DNA from: Perna viridis | Taxonomy: Eukaryota | Direction of reading: 5' to 3' | DNA: 64,000 nt | Assembly: GCA_037379345.1 (NCBI GenBank) | Contig: CM074513.1 | Coordinates: forward strand, 26,040,001-26,104,000 | Shown here: in pieces, positions 28,043-40,932 of the stretch | Layout of the letters: every line of letters begins with the position of its first letter | Position numbering within the stretch: position 1 is the first letter of the stretch | Program-made: the position numbers and the translations under genes | Notes under the pieces: generated by a model | Told to the model about the DNA's origin: nothing | What the model saw: only the letters and a program-made list of their open reading frames with translations | Databases searched by the model: none

Positions 28043-29209
28043 AAAAGAATAATCAAGGGAACCAAGGTTATAGCGGTAATCAAAAGAATGTAATCCAGGG
28101 ACAAAGACCAGACATGGAAAACAGACATACACAACAAAGAACACAAAGTAACCAAAATCATACACACAAAGTAACAAAAACAAATGAGCAACTCGGTCTC
28201 CACTAAAACTGGGAGCATGCACCAGGTGCACCGGTAGAGTAAGTGTCCTCTGCTTTTCTAGAAACACCCGCAGAGTTGCACATAAAAAGTCAAGTCCGGG
28301 GTAGAAAAACGATGAAAAGAAAAACCATGACGCGTTGAACAAACCAGCCCCCATGGTGCAGATGGATACACCACAGCGACCCACGAGCCCACGACAACGA
28401 CCACAAAACTTCTACAGTGATGACTTCAATCTTGTAGCTACGTAACCATGCTCCAGAAGCTCATCCGTTAGAGTTCTTCCGCGATACAAAAAGTCTGCGC
28501 AGTTTCGGCAAGCTCTGGCATAACGTATGAGTTATGATATGAACACTCCATACGCAGGTGCTGAAGGGATGTCGCCACAGATGAAAGGGATGTCGCCACA
28601 GATGAAAGGAATGTCGACAATTCTGAATGAAAAGTCATCACGTTATCGCAAAGTTTAGTCAACAGTTTTCCTTTACTATCGATTTCTAAGTGTAGGTCAA
28701 GATATGGGGCTGGTGGGCAGATGCAATGCACCAAATCCTCGAAATCAGGACTGTTCAAAGACAATACGTCATCTATATAGCGGAAACTGATATTAAAGGA
28801 TCCAGCCAAACGACACTCCCTCCTTCGGATCAAATCAGCTATAAAGTCAGCCTCATAAGAGTGAAGTAATAGGTCAGCAAGTAAAGGAGCACAATTTGTT
28901 CCCATTGTAATAACGACCGTTTGTTGAAAAAGCACGTCCACCACACTTGACAAACATGTTGTCGATTAAAAATTCCAGCATTCTGCAAACATCCTCTTCT
29001 GCATACCCGGAAGACGACCTGCCACAAAGCATGAGGAACCTCAACCAAGAACTACACATTTGTATCTAGGTGTACCATCCCTCCTGAAAAAAAAACAGCG
29101 ATGTATAATGCCCTCAAGTCGGGGGGATCTCATCCGAGCATGGGGAACAGAAGCATACAGCGTTGAAAAATCATAGGCTTATTATCAGAATATAATAGCA
29201 TTAGAAACA
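28043..29209 (-). mobile_element. 5'-truncated, frameshifted Penelope-like retroelement (RT + thumb + 3' end; no C-terminal GIY-YIG, so Naiad-like), A-to-G hypermutated
   Basis: Fragments translate to YDFSTLY, LEFLIDN, MGTNCAPLLADL, FRYIDDVLSLN, YLDL, PAYGV and LIRYARAC, which are Penelope-like RT motifs. Internal 21-bp duplication near 28565-28607. Confidence 0.85.
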
Positions 29210-29955
29210 CTGCATACTTCTTTTTCCCATACTCATTTAAAAGCCCGACTCGAAAACATTATACATAGTTTTTTTTTTCAGAAAAGATGGTACATCTAGA
29301 TACAACTATATAGTTCTTAGAAGTGATTCCTCATACTTTAAAAAAAATAATTCCAAATCATCTTCCAAATATACAGAAGATGTTTTCAAAATGCTGGAAG
29401 TTTTTGATCGACAACATATTTGTCCATCGATGGTAAAGGAAAACTATTGACCAAACTTTATGACAAACGTGATGACTTTTCATTCATAATTGTCAATTTT
29501 CTTTTCATCTGTGGCAACATCCCTTTAGCACCAGCGTATGGAGTTTTTATATCACAATTCATACGTTATGCATGAGCTTGCTGTATCTACGCAAACTTTG
29601 CATCGCACTAGACTTCTTAAAATTAGGCTTCTGGAATAGGGTTATGTTGCTACAAGATTGAAGTGATCACTTACAGAGGTTTTATGGTCGTAATCATGAA
29701 CTCATGGATCGTTACAGTGTATCCATCTGCGCCATGAAAACAGATCTGGTCAACGTGTCTTAGTTTTCCTTTCCTCTTTCGCCTACCCCGGACTTGACTT
29801 TTTATGAACAACGCGGACGCTTACCCTACCGGTGCACCTGGTCCATGCTCCCAGTTTTAGTGGAGTCCGAGTTATGTTCTTTGTTGCGTTTGTCTGTTTT
29901 CCATGACTGGTCTTTGTCCCTGGATTACATTCTTTTGATTTCCGCCTTCTAACCC
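29210..29955 (+). mobile_element. Second copy of the same Penelope-like element, inverted, with the RT core deleted
   Basis: Aligns with the reverse complement of 28060-29160 and encodes GKLLTKLYDKRDDF-like sequence. It jumps from DNIFV directly to IDGKG near 29423. Confidence 0.85.
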
Positions 29956-30279
29956 GAATCTTGAATTATTCTCTCCATCCTTGTTAAAAAGTAAACGAGT
30001 TCATAAAAAATCTGAAATTTGGTCAGCTCCCCCAGCTGACCAAGGTCTGGATCCGCCACTGCCAATCGAATGATGATTGATACACATACATACCCTAGAC
30101 TATAGTAGACTCCTAATATAAAGACCACTACATTCAAATCTTTAATGTACCCAGAGACATAAATAAACAATATGTTTTATATGTCTCTGATGAACCCGGG
30201 GACTTTATATACCGAATATTACATGTCAAAATCTGTATCACATGCGGTATTAAACCGAGACACATAGAGCCACCGGCCT

Positions 30280-30465
30280 GCGGGGTGATATAGGTCAAGG
30301 GTTGATACCACATGCGATACAAATTTTGTCATGTCATGTTCATCATATCATATATTTTAAGTATACTTCATGTATAGTCGATGAAGGAATGTGATATAGG
30401 GTATGCGACATAAATCTAGAGGTGTGATATAGGTCTAGAGGTGTGATATATGGTATGCGATACAG
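30280..30465. repeat. Degenerate short tandem repeats (GGTGTGATATAGGT / GTATGCGA units)
   Basis: GTGATATAGG recurs, and TCTAGAGGTGTGATATA occurs twice in tandem. Confidence 0.5.
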
Positions 30466-31406
30466 AGTAAACAATGTAGGGTTTAAACAAGCACTTATAA
30501 TGCATATACAAAAAGGTGTATTCTGATTTAAATATATGATATGTTAATTAAGTACACCCCCTGATGTACCCCAGTGTATATTTCAAAAATAATAACGACC
30601 AAATATTCAACTTGTAATATTGAAAACGAAAAATTTGTAAAAAAAAAATAAAAAGGGGTGCTGAATCCTTGCCTTAAGACCTTTTGAAAATTTAAAATTG
30701 GCATCTCCAAGGATTCTATACTATAAGGATCCTTGCACGAACCAGAGTGGGAGCAAGCCCCTGTAGTTCTCTGTCACTCTTTCTAATTCTTGATATATCT
30801 ACTAGAATCATAGCTGGACTCGATATACAACCAGTACATGACTGAACTCAATATGGAGACAGCTTTTATTGTAATTAATCACTATTTTAATACATGTATG
30901 ATATCTCTTCTAGCATCCACACGCGAGGGAAATAGTAGCTGGGCTTTATATACAACCAGCACATGACTGAACTAATTTTAAATCTCATAAATGAAGATTT
31001 TATCGTACTATAAGTAATATTGGTCCCAGAAAGTTAAGTCTATACCTTCAATTCAAATTTTAGAAACATACATTAATCTCACAACCGGGGAAGTATATAG
31101 TCTATATTATTAACTGATGACTTAAAATACAATGTAAATTGCCCCTTTAATACAACAGGAGGTTTTAGCAACCATAATTTATACAGGGCACATGCCCTGT
31201 ATTAATTCTGGCCCTGTATAAAGTAATTTGAGAAGGTATCAGCAAACTTGGTATATTAATATAGATCTATATAGAAAAGAACAGTTGGGGTGAATAAATG
31301 CATCAAGAGATCTGGAGTGTTACAGTCTTCACTAGGAAATATGTCATACTGAGCTGTATTTAAAGGTTTGTACAGATAACTCCTGTTATTTTAAGTTATC
31401 AGTTAA

Positions 31407-31596
31407 TAAAGGGATCATAAAATGGTTATTTTCATATTAATCCTGTATTATGTCCTCGTACAGTCGTATTGGGTTTCGACCACTTGTATTGGCCCTCGGC
31501 TTCGCCTCGGGCCAATACAAGTGATCTCAACCCAATACGACTGTACTTGGACATAATACAGGATTAATATGAAAATAACCATTTAATAACCCTATA
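31407..31596. mobile_element. Near-perfect palindromic MITE-like hairpin, about 190 bp
   Basis: AAATGGTTATTTTCATATTAATCCTGTATTATGTCC...GGC-TTC-GCC...GGACATAATACAGGATTAATATGAAAATAACCATTT. Confidence 0.85.
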
Positions 31597-33031
31597 ATAT
31601 TGATGCACAATTGAAAACACTATATGTGGGTATCACATTTTGCATAGATATGCGTGAGTTCACCGATACTTTTTGTTAGCCTAACTGCAGTATTTGGCTG
31701 AAATCAATGGTTTGATCGTTTAACTAATAACCTTCGTGCAATTTATCAACATGCTGTGTTTGAATCTTTCAGAAGTTTTCACTAGCTTATTCTGAATTTA
31801 TGAACCATGGATTGACGAGAATTTTTATTACTACAGTATACGAAATATAATGTCAGAAATTTGACAGAAATTATTAGAGAAAAATATCCCGCTCTGCGTA
31901 CAGGATGAAATCTTGATTAAAAAAAAAAACAGTCAGGAGCAGATAAAAGAGAAATAGGAAAAAGACGACATCAAGAAGACAAAATGCAACAAACTAGACC
32001 AAATCCGACTTTACTCAGACTCAGTAACCTTATTTACCGATATAAGAAGATAACTAAATTTATATAAAAAAGAGAAGTTGTTTTTTTCCCCCGTCAAAGT
32101 TCAAACGGAACGGAACTAACGAAAAATAGAACAGAGAGGACTGTAATTGACTGGTAGTTGAATTACAATACAAAACACAAGAATGGCTTCAATATTCCTG
32201 TTTGTTTGACGAACACCTTAAAATAAAAAAAAAGATGATTTTTTTTTATAATTAATAATATAAAGGAGATCAGGAAGATGTTTCCATAGTGATGCATGAT
32301 TTATTTAAAGTTTCATTTTATGCATGTTTTATCTTCTGGAGAATTTACACAATTGCTAGTAATTTATTGACATATCTACGGAACAATACCTACAATTGCT
32401 ATTATTTAATATGTGTTAATATAAGTGACAGAATATGTCCAAATTATATAACATTGGTTTACCTGTGCATAGGATTACATACAAATAAATGTCAAAAGCA
32501 TCCACTGGAAATGAAGATCAGTGTTTCATTTTTTTTAACCTATCTAGGTTAGGGAAGGACTAAAGAAAGACAGGATAAGACAATTATATGGAAAGGAATA
32601 TTTCAAGATCTTATGGTCATAAAAACAGGACGTCATTTGTATATTTATGTATAAATATATCGGCTTTTACGAGCGTGAGATGTCATAAATATTTGGCATA
32701 ATTCTAACAGAAATTTGTATCAACTAGTTAAACAATGGTATGTGCAAAGGTGACCGCTTGTTTTACAACATCCATATAACAATGTCCAATTAAATTATTA
32801 CGGTGACATTAGAACGAGAAAAGATGATAAAATTTGTGTATTCGTAGGAGAATCTCATTTTGCTATGCGTGGTCGAGGTGAGGAGTAGTTTCAGTCTTAT
32901 GACTTATCTGAATTGTTGCGGCGAAATTTGCGTTAATTGAGTGATTAACATAGCTATTAATTTTCCATCGAACACATTCAGATTTGTTATGCATAAAGAC
33001 GTGATTGGAATAAAGTGAGAATTTATAAATT

Positions 33032-36000
33032 ATGTCGGGAAAGAAATATAAAGTAGCTAGAGCTTATTCGTTACGTGTGCTGAAGGATGATAGCCCAACA
33101 GGAACTTACCGCAAGATTTCGGATGATGTGATCACTGCGCGAAATCCACGCGTTAGTAGACCGTTGAGTTTTGCATATGGCGAAAAAGACATAAACATAT
33201 TAAGAAGATATAACGGAGAAAAAAATGATGTGCTGGACAATAGAAACAAAAACGCCCTTACTTGGTCCGGAGAAACTCCTTTTAGAGCTGAATCGTGCAG
33301 AAGTTTAGACGAAACGCCACCACAGCTATCGATATCCGCAGATATAAATGGTGATACAGAACTTTTACCGTTTGACTTAGACAAGAAAGGTGAAATAGAA
33401 TTACAAAAGGACGAGGAACCTAGTCAACCTCTATCAAAGGAAAGGAAAGACAGTAGTTCAAGTTCTAGTAGTGACAGCGAGAGCAAGAAAAAGAAATCAA
33501 GTGAAAGAAAAAGTTCAAGCTCTAGCTCGTCGTCTCATTCTAGTAGGGACGTTTCGAAATTGAACGGCAATGACGACCGTCTTTCCAATCTGGAAATTTT
33601 GATAAGTCCAGAATCTGCAATATCCGTCCAAGCAACAAATCAAATCCCGGAAATATATCAGGATACTGGCTCTCAGGAATACGACACAGCAGACAGACGT
33701 CATACAGTGTATGAGACTCCATGGGATAGCGGTAAGGAAAACAATATTGATATTGATATAAAATATTCTGAACATGACACTTCTGTAGGAAGTATCGAAG
33801 ACGAAATAATTGACCACGTAAAAACACCTTTAGTAAACAGAGAGCTTTTACCTGAAATAATAACTGCATCTCCCGGTGAAAAGTCAACTATTCGCAGAAA
33901 TTCCTCCACTTCTAGCAAAAACAGCCAACATAGTCAAACCTCCACTGAAAATAACATAGCATCAAGCATTTATAGCGCAACCCCACCTTTACCAACATCC
34001 TCACCACCAGAAATCATGGTCGACTCGCCACCCGAATCTATAGAAGTGGAAGTAATCAAAGACCAAATCAATCTACAACCAATACAAGATAATGAAGAGC
34101 TTCTTGGGGAAGAAAATGTAGATGACTCTTCAAAAAGACTTTCAGTTACATACTATGGCCCGGTTTATATGCACGACAATGTCCTTATCATGCCAACATC
34201 AAACTCACAGTTCTCAGGGGGAGACAAGTCATATGAGAATGGGATGATTTTCCAAGGTCAAATAGAGCTAGAGTATGTTCCTCAAGATCAGTACGATCTC
34301 AATTCTTCGAAAACGTCAGACACTGACGAGTCAGAATTAAATACATCCAATGCCCCAGAAATATCCAACATCAAAATAAGCTTGTCAACAGACAATACTG
34401 ACGGTGAAGATGTAAATGATTCTATAATCCCCGTGCCTGTTATTACTGCCGAGTTCATCACGCCATCAGAATCATTTCCACCGAAGGTATCTGACAACCT
34501 AATTGATAAGAGCAAATCTAGTCAGTCATCTTCTAGTTCATCTTCTAGTTCAAGCTCATCCGATTCCGAGTCGGAGAAAGAAGACAAATCAGAAAAGCCA
34601 GAAGGCCAAAACAAGAAAATCGACCATGATTACGCAAACATTATAATACCTGATCCCGACTTACGGGATGACACTAAACAATCTACCTCATCATCTTCTG
34701 AAGATGAACGCAAAAATCAATCACCAATAAACCAAGAAACGCCCGATGAAATTACAATAGTTGACACACAAACTGATCCAATCGAATTCGAAGTCAGTGG
34801 AACTATCTTAGAACCAGTCATTGAGCTGTCTACATCCAATGTTTCTCATTTAAAGCCACTAAACCAAACTTTTCTAAAATGTGATCCCTCAGTATACATT
34901 ACACATGAGGTTGAAGACTCCCCGAAAGAAGTCGAAAATACTGAAATTACGGAAGAAATTAAAAACATAGTGGACGAACCTCAACCTCATGTTAAAAGAT
35001 ATGAAAAGATACAAAGGTCGAAATCTAGTTCAAGTTCAAGTTCAAGTTCAAGTTCTTCAAGTTCATCTGAATCAGAAGATGAAAAGACAAACAACTGTTC
35101 TTTAGTTGATCAAAAGATTAAGCGAAACGAATCTAGTTCGTCTGACTCAAACCACGAAACAAAAGAAATTGTACCAGAAACAACACCATCCTCAGTACCA
35201 ATAATTAAAGAGCAACACAAGTCAACCTCATCTAGCTCTTCTGAATCAGGTCACGAAGTAAAAGATGTTCAAGAACCAAAAACGCTTGCAAATCAAATAG
35301 TTATAGAACAAAAGTGTTCGTCTAGTTCTTCTGAGTCTGATCACGAAGCAAAAGATGTTCAAGAACCAAAACCGTACCCAGATCCAAAAGCCGTAAAACA
35401 AGAGCGTAAATCAAGCTCGTCTAGTTCATCTGATTCTGATAAAGAAACAAAGAAACCAATTTCATCTATAAAACCATTTGTTAAAGAAGAAAAATGCAAG
35501 TCCAGTTCATCTAGTTCCTCTGAATCTGATGACAACACAGAGAAAAAAGTTAAAGAACCTTGCCCTTTTACAGAATCTACGGTAATAGAACCAAATCACA
35601 AGTATAGTTCATCTAGTTCATCTGAATCTGATCACGAAATGCAAAAAACAAAACCTCGCACGGAACAAGTAATTATAGAACAGAAGCACAAATCGAGTTC
35701 ATCTAGTTCTTCGGAGTCTGATAACGAAACAAATAAAAGGGTTCAAGAACCTTCTTCTCCAGAACCTACAATAAAAAAGATAAAGCGTAAGTCTAGTTCT
35801 AGTTCATCTGAATCTGATCACGAAACGAAGAAACCCAAACATCCCAAGGAAAAACCTGTCATAGAACAAAAGCACAAATCAAGTTCATCTAGTTCTTCGG
35901 AGTCTGATAACGAAACGAAGAAAAGGGTTCAAGAACCTTCTCCTTCTCCAGAACCTACAATAACAGAGATAAAGCGTAAGTCTAGTTCTAGTTCATCTGA

Positions 36001-38222
36001 ATCTGATCACGAAATGAAGAAACCCAAACATCCAAAGGAAGACCTTGTCATAGAACAAAAGCACAATTCAAGTTCATCTAGTTCTTCGGATTCTGATAAT
36101 GAAACAAAGAAAAGGGTTCACGAACTTGCTCCTTCTCCAGAATCTATAGTAACAGATATAAAGCGCAAGTCTAGTTCCAGTTTATCTGAATCTGATCACG
36201 AAATGAAGAAACCCAAACATCCAAAGGAAGATCCGGTCATAGAACAACAGCGCAAGTCAAGTTCATCTAGTTCTTCAAGTCGTGATGATGCACAACACTG
36301 TTTTACAGATAAAGAATGTCATAAGCCAGAGATCATAGTGAGTGATGACAGAACACACGAACCTGAACCGACACCTATCATAATTGAGAAAAAGACAACA
36401 CAAAACGATTCCAGCAGTTCAAGTTCCTCCGAATCTGATGATGACACAACGGAAGCAGAAAAGGAACCAATAAAACCCCACGAGAAAGTTGGTCGGAAAT
36501 CTAGTTCAAGCTCAAGTTCATCTAGTTCATCTGAATCAGATGACAACAAAAAGGAGAAATGTCCAGTTACAGAGAAAACAACCGAGGGGACCGTACAAAC
36601 AGCAAGATCAAGGTCCAGTTCATCTAGTTCATCTGCATCAGACGCTGAGAAGACAAAACTTAACGATAACGATCGCGGGGATACTGAATCCAAGAATGAC
36701 AATTTACAAATTGTTGTCCGAACACCTAGTCCTATTGAACAAAAGACTAAACGAGGCGATTCAGCCATTTCTAATTCATCATCAAGTTCTGAGGATGACA
36801 GTGACATACAGAAAAAAGGTTCAGACAGCAATGATAAAAATGTTGATTGTAATTCAGTTGGGAATACTTTGAAAGATGATGACTCATGTAAACCGGTGTC
36901 GTCAAAAACTGAAGAACAAGAGAAAGAATCCGGCTCATCCAGTTCCTCCGAATCAGATGAAGATAGAAAGATAAAAGGAAATATTAATATTAATTCTATA
37001 CCAAAGTCTCCCAAGGATGAAACACTGGTTGTATATGAAAAAGTACCATCTGACCAAGATATAAGGTCAAGAAAATCTAATTCATCTAGCTCGTCTAGCT
37101 CGTCTAGCTCTTCAGAGTCTGACGATGAAAAGCCTAAATCGAAGAAGAACAACACTAAAAAGCCTGATACAAATGAAAGCGCGAAAAAGTCTAGTTCATC
37201 GAGTACGTCAGAGTCTGATTCTGAGAAAAAAGGAAAAACTGGTAGCATTGGAAAAGTCTTTTCAGAGATGTTGCCTGCATCTAGCAAGATTATTGATATT
37301 GAACAACCGACATTTCCGAATTTTGAGACGCCGACAGTTGATAAAGACGACACTATAACACTGATTAAACCGACGGTTTCCATAGAATCCGATATCAAAT
37401 ATGGTGAAACAAGTAATATCAACAACTTTCCAAGTGTGTCAACTCCAGACATCATACCAGAAGGCAACGTTCAAGTTGAAGCAGTGATCTTGCCAAAAGC
37501 CGACTCTTTACTCGAGTCTGTAAATGATGAAATTATTATCGATCCGATGTTGATAAAAAAGCCCGAAAACTCTGACGACAAAACACATAAGAAAAGTAGG
37601 TCGTCGTCTTCCTCGTCATCCTCATTAAGTTCGTCTGATTCTGAGTCGTGTGATAAAAAGAAACAAGATAGTGCACCAGCAAAGTTAAAGACCATGCCTA
37701 TTGCAGAGGTGGATATTTCGAAGGTGAAAGAACTAGCACCCGAACCAGACGTGCAGGTAAATATAGAACATGGAAATAAAAACAACAGTAGTACTGCTGG
37801 CACTGCAGATTATGAAAAACAAAACGCGTTTGAGAATGACCAGCCCCTTGTAAAGATAAAAACACCCCAGTCAGAGGAAGTGTCACTGGAAATACCAGAG
37901 AATTACATGCCATACGTCCCTGACAAAGAAGCAGATATGGTAATTGAGCAAACATCTCCAGAAATATTTAAAGATTCTCAAACAGACGAACCAACGCCTA
38001 AAGAAAATAAGAAAGGCAAAAAGACGAAAGACTCGGGCAAAAAGAAGCCGGACTTCAGCTTAAAAATACCAGAAAAGATAACTTCTCTTGTGCACAAACT
38101 ATCATTCAAAGGCGGCGACAAAGGATATTCCAAATCACATGAAAACCTTAACATCGCAGAACCGATAGTTAGTGAAAAAGTTACAGGAGTTCAGACCATG
38201 CCCGTTACAGCATCAAAACTGG
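33032..38222 (+). CDS. HSPA12A: HSPA12A-like gene, exon 1: giant 5191-nt exon encoding a disordered poly-Ser/acidic/basic region
   Basis: 1730 open codons with an in-frame TAA just upstream of the ATG. Ends CTG G|gtgagt (phase 1), compatible with the exon 2 acceptor. The same SSSSS..SDxE motifs continue into exon 2. Confidence 0.75.
35600..36280 (+). repeat. Coding tandem repeat, period 186-189 nt (62-63 aa), about 3.5 copies
   Basis: GATCACGAAA recurs at 35630, 35816, 36005 and 36194. Unit is approximately [63 protein letters not shown]. Confidence 0.9.
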
Positions 38223-40932
38223 GTGAGTTCATTTTTTTTCATATCTTTGATATACTCGAAACTTATCTTTAACATGTCTCGCTTTGGGTTACAGGTCTGT
38301 ACATGTAAAAATTTCGTATGTTTTACTATGTGACACATGTTCACGTTAAACTAAGCTACAGCAATTAGCTCAAGATGATTCTTTCCTTCAGCTCTTACGT
38401 TTAAAGTTCATTTTACGTAATAGGAAAACAATTTGTTTCTACCATGGTAACCTTTAAAACAACATTCTAGAAAAGGTCAAATAAGAGTACATTCATTATG
38501 ATAAGAAATAATAACCATTGAGTCTATGTGGTATTCCGATTGTTGTTAGTCCCTAAAAACACCAGTTGTAAACAATAGACTATTTACAGCCATTGCAATT
38601 ATTTTGTCTCCACCTTTTGATGTTTTATAAAGCTGTACTTTTCATTGACATTGAAAGACTTCGAAAGCAAATACATAAAAAAACACATGGTAAGAAAAAA
38701 AAAAACTACTACATTTTATGATCTATTAGCCCCCATGGGCATTTATGTTTTTGCCACCTAATGATCTAACGTCATTATTTTATAATAGTGTATACCAGAC
38801 ATTATAATAGATTACTCCCACACACGTAATAAGTCAACTTATCTTCTGGCTTTTATTCTTCACGTTTGCCTTATTCTAGCGTTTTATACTAGTCCGTAGT
38901 GGACCTTTTTATATCCTTATTTTTCACATGCATCAACGAAATATTGTCAAAATTGTATACATTCATTTAGACAAGATTACAATTATTTTTATACACTGCC
39001 ACCAATATAGAATTTTCTAGTAATCTACATAAAAAGGGAAAGTAACAAAATTAATACATTTGAATACTGGTTTCGTCTAAAATGGAAGAAAAATGATTTT
39101 TAAAATTTGAAGTGCTTTCTGTGCCAAGAAATGCAAGGCTATGAAAACAGGTTTTCTTGCAGATTGAATGAATGTAACAGGTTTAAGATGCTGTCTTAAA
39201 AAAAAACTATTTCTATATATGAAAGGCCTTCGTGTTGTTAATTATCTTCACGTTAAAGAATACATCATCTTTATTTTGAACAAACCGCTAATTCATCATA
39301 AGACATGAAACAACAAATTATTACGAAGTTTTCATTTTTTTAACAGAATTAAGTATTTCTTCACGGTTTTCGCACGAAAGGTGCTGGTGAACTCAAGCGT
39401 TATCAAAGGAGCACGAGATGACGTTTATGTATTGCTTAGTAAGTTAGAATGCTTTAGGGACCTCTTTTCCACAACTTATTTCTGTATCGGGTCGAAGTTA
39501 ATGTTACCTGTCACAATAGTGGAAACAAAATGTTCGTTTTATAATTATTCACTAATTGCTTTTTGTGTCTATAAAAAGAAGTTTATAATATTAATTTGTA
39601 TTTGAGAAAAATCGCTACTTTAACACACACATACAACAGACGAACGGACGGCATGACAGACATACAGACATCTGTATATCATAATACACCCATCAAAGAA
39701 GAGTCATTGGACTTGTATATCAATGATATACTTTGTGCATTTATATCATGTATTTAAACAGGACACTCTTTTTTTGGATTTGCATGATTTTTAAAAAAAC
39801 GTACAATTCAACAATAGTGGACTTTTTTGGCCTTCCTAAAAAAGTACAAGCAAAAGTATGTGTCTTAATCATGACACTCTGAACATTAATATTTTTCTTT
39901 GAATTATATTTTGATTTTTTTAACCACCTCGAAATAATTAGTGAATTTGTTTCATTGTTACTACACGAATATGTGACACGTTCTCGGTTTCGTTCGATTT
40001 GATTTGAAGAAAGATCATATCTTAAATTAGTGCTTGTCAAACCTAAAAATAAAAAAAGGGGATGTTTCCTCGGGCCATACGCCGTACCTGGTGTTTACGT
40101 GACCTGGGATTTGAGAATTGTTTATCTGTTTGGATATTTAGAAGTAACCATTGTAAAGATATAACAGTTTGAAAACCACTTTGATAAAGATAGTCATAAA
40201 ATGATAAGTAAACGTTACAGGTATCTGCAAACACTCAAGACATGCTCAAATCAAATAAATAATTATACCTACATGTTATCATATACTTCAGTTCTTATCT
40301 AATGTGGACTCTGGCGACAATTTCCAACTGACATTTGTGAGAGTTCTAAGTTCATTAAATTTTAAAATATGTACATTGAAATGAAATTGGGTAGGCCGAT
40401 ATTTACTTAGAATGTGTTATGGGATCCTTTGAACATATGTGCAGCTGATATCCTGAACCTTGATGCGTTACTACTGTTTAAACAATACACATTTATTTTT
40501 TTGCCCGGTGAAAGTTTAAAACAGCTCACAATTTCGTTGATTTTATGCATCGAGGCCTCCTTTCTTTTAACTGATAAATCACCTTAGCTAATTCACCATT
40601 GAAGCTACGACTGTTCGATAGCTAGGTATAATGGATGTAAATTTCTGTTTATTTATTCATTCCGTTGCTTTCTAGAACTAATTGTAGATTTAATCAAACG
40701 TATTTAAGCAAATAAATCATTCACACCCAGCATTGCCGTCAAGCTTCACATAAAAGTAAGTTCTCAATTTGTTCCAACCTTTAACTAGTTCTATAAAAAA
40801 AATGTTAAAAAGTCCATCGCACGATAAATGGTTAATGCTAGTCATGTTTTTTCATGATCTTAACTGTTTACATGTATCATAATTTTTGTTTATCATACAC
40901 AGCTAAAATACATTTTTTCATTGTTATTGCAG

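Noticed and set aside
27989-28384. ORFs with shared sequence at 27989, 45607 and 51236 (VAHLLLLL...FPCLVFVPGLHSFDYRYNLGS)
   Set aside because: Read-through of the retroelement's 3' non-coding end; the similarity comes from repeat copies.
28468-29059. Functional reverse transcriptase, or a retron/DGR-like system
   Set aside because: Frameshifted, truncated Penelope-like RT in a eukaryotic genome. The adenine-specific changes are almost all A>G along a whole element copy, unlike the A-to-N template/variable repeat pattern of a DGR.
35600-36280. CRISPR-like repeat-spacer appearance
   Set aside because: In-frame coding tandem repeat; the apparent spacers are homologous to each other, and there are no cas genes.
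36319-37467. 382-aa antisense ORF, plus the other antisense and alternate-frame ORFs in 33106-37955 and 40877-42671
   Set aside because: Shadows of the low-complexity HSPA12 sense frame; ELDELD runs are the reverse complement of poly-Ser codons.
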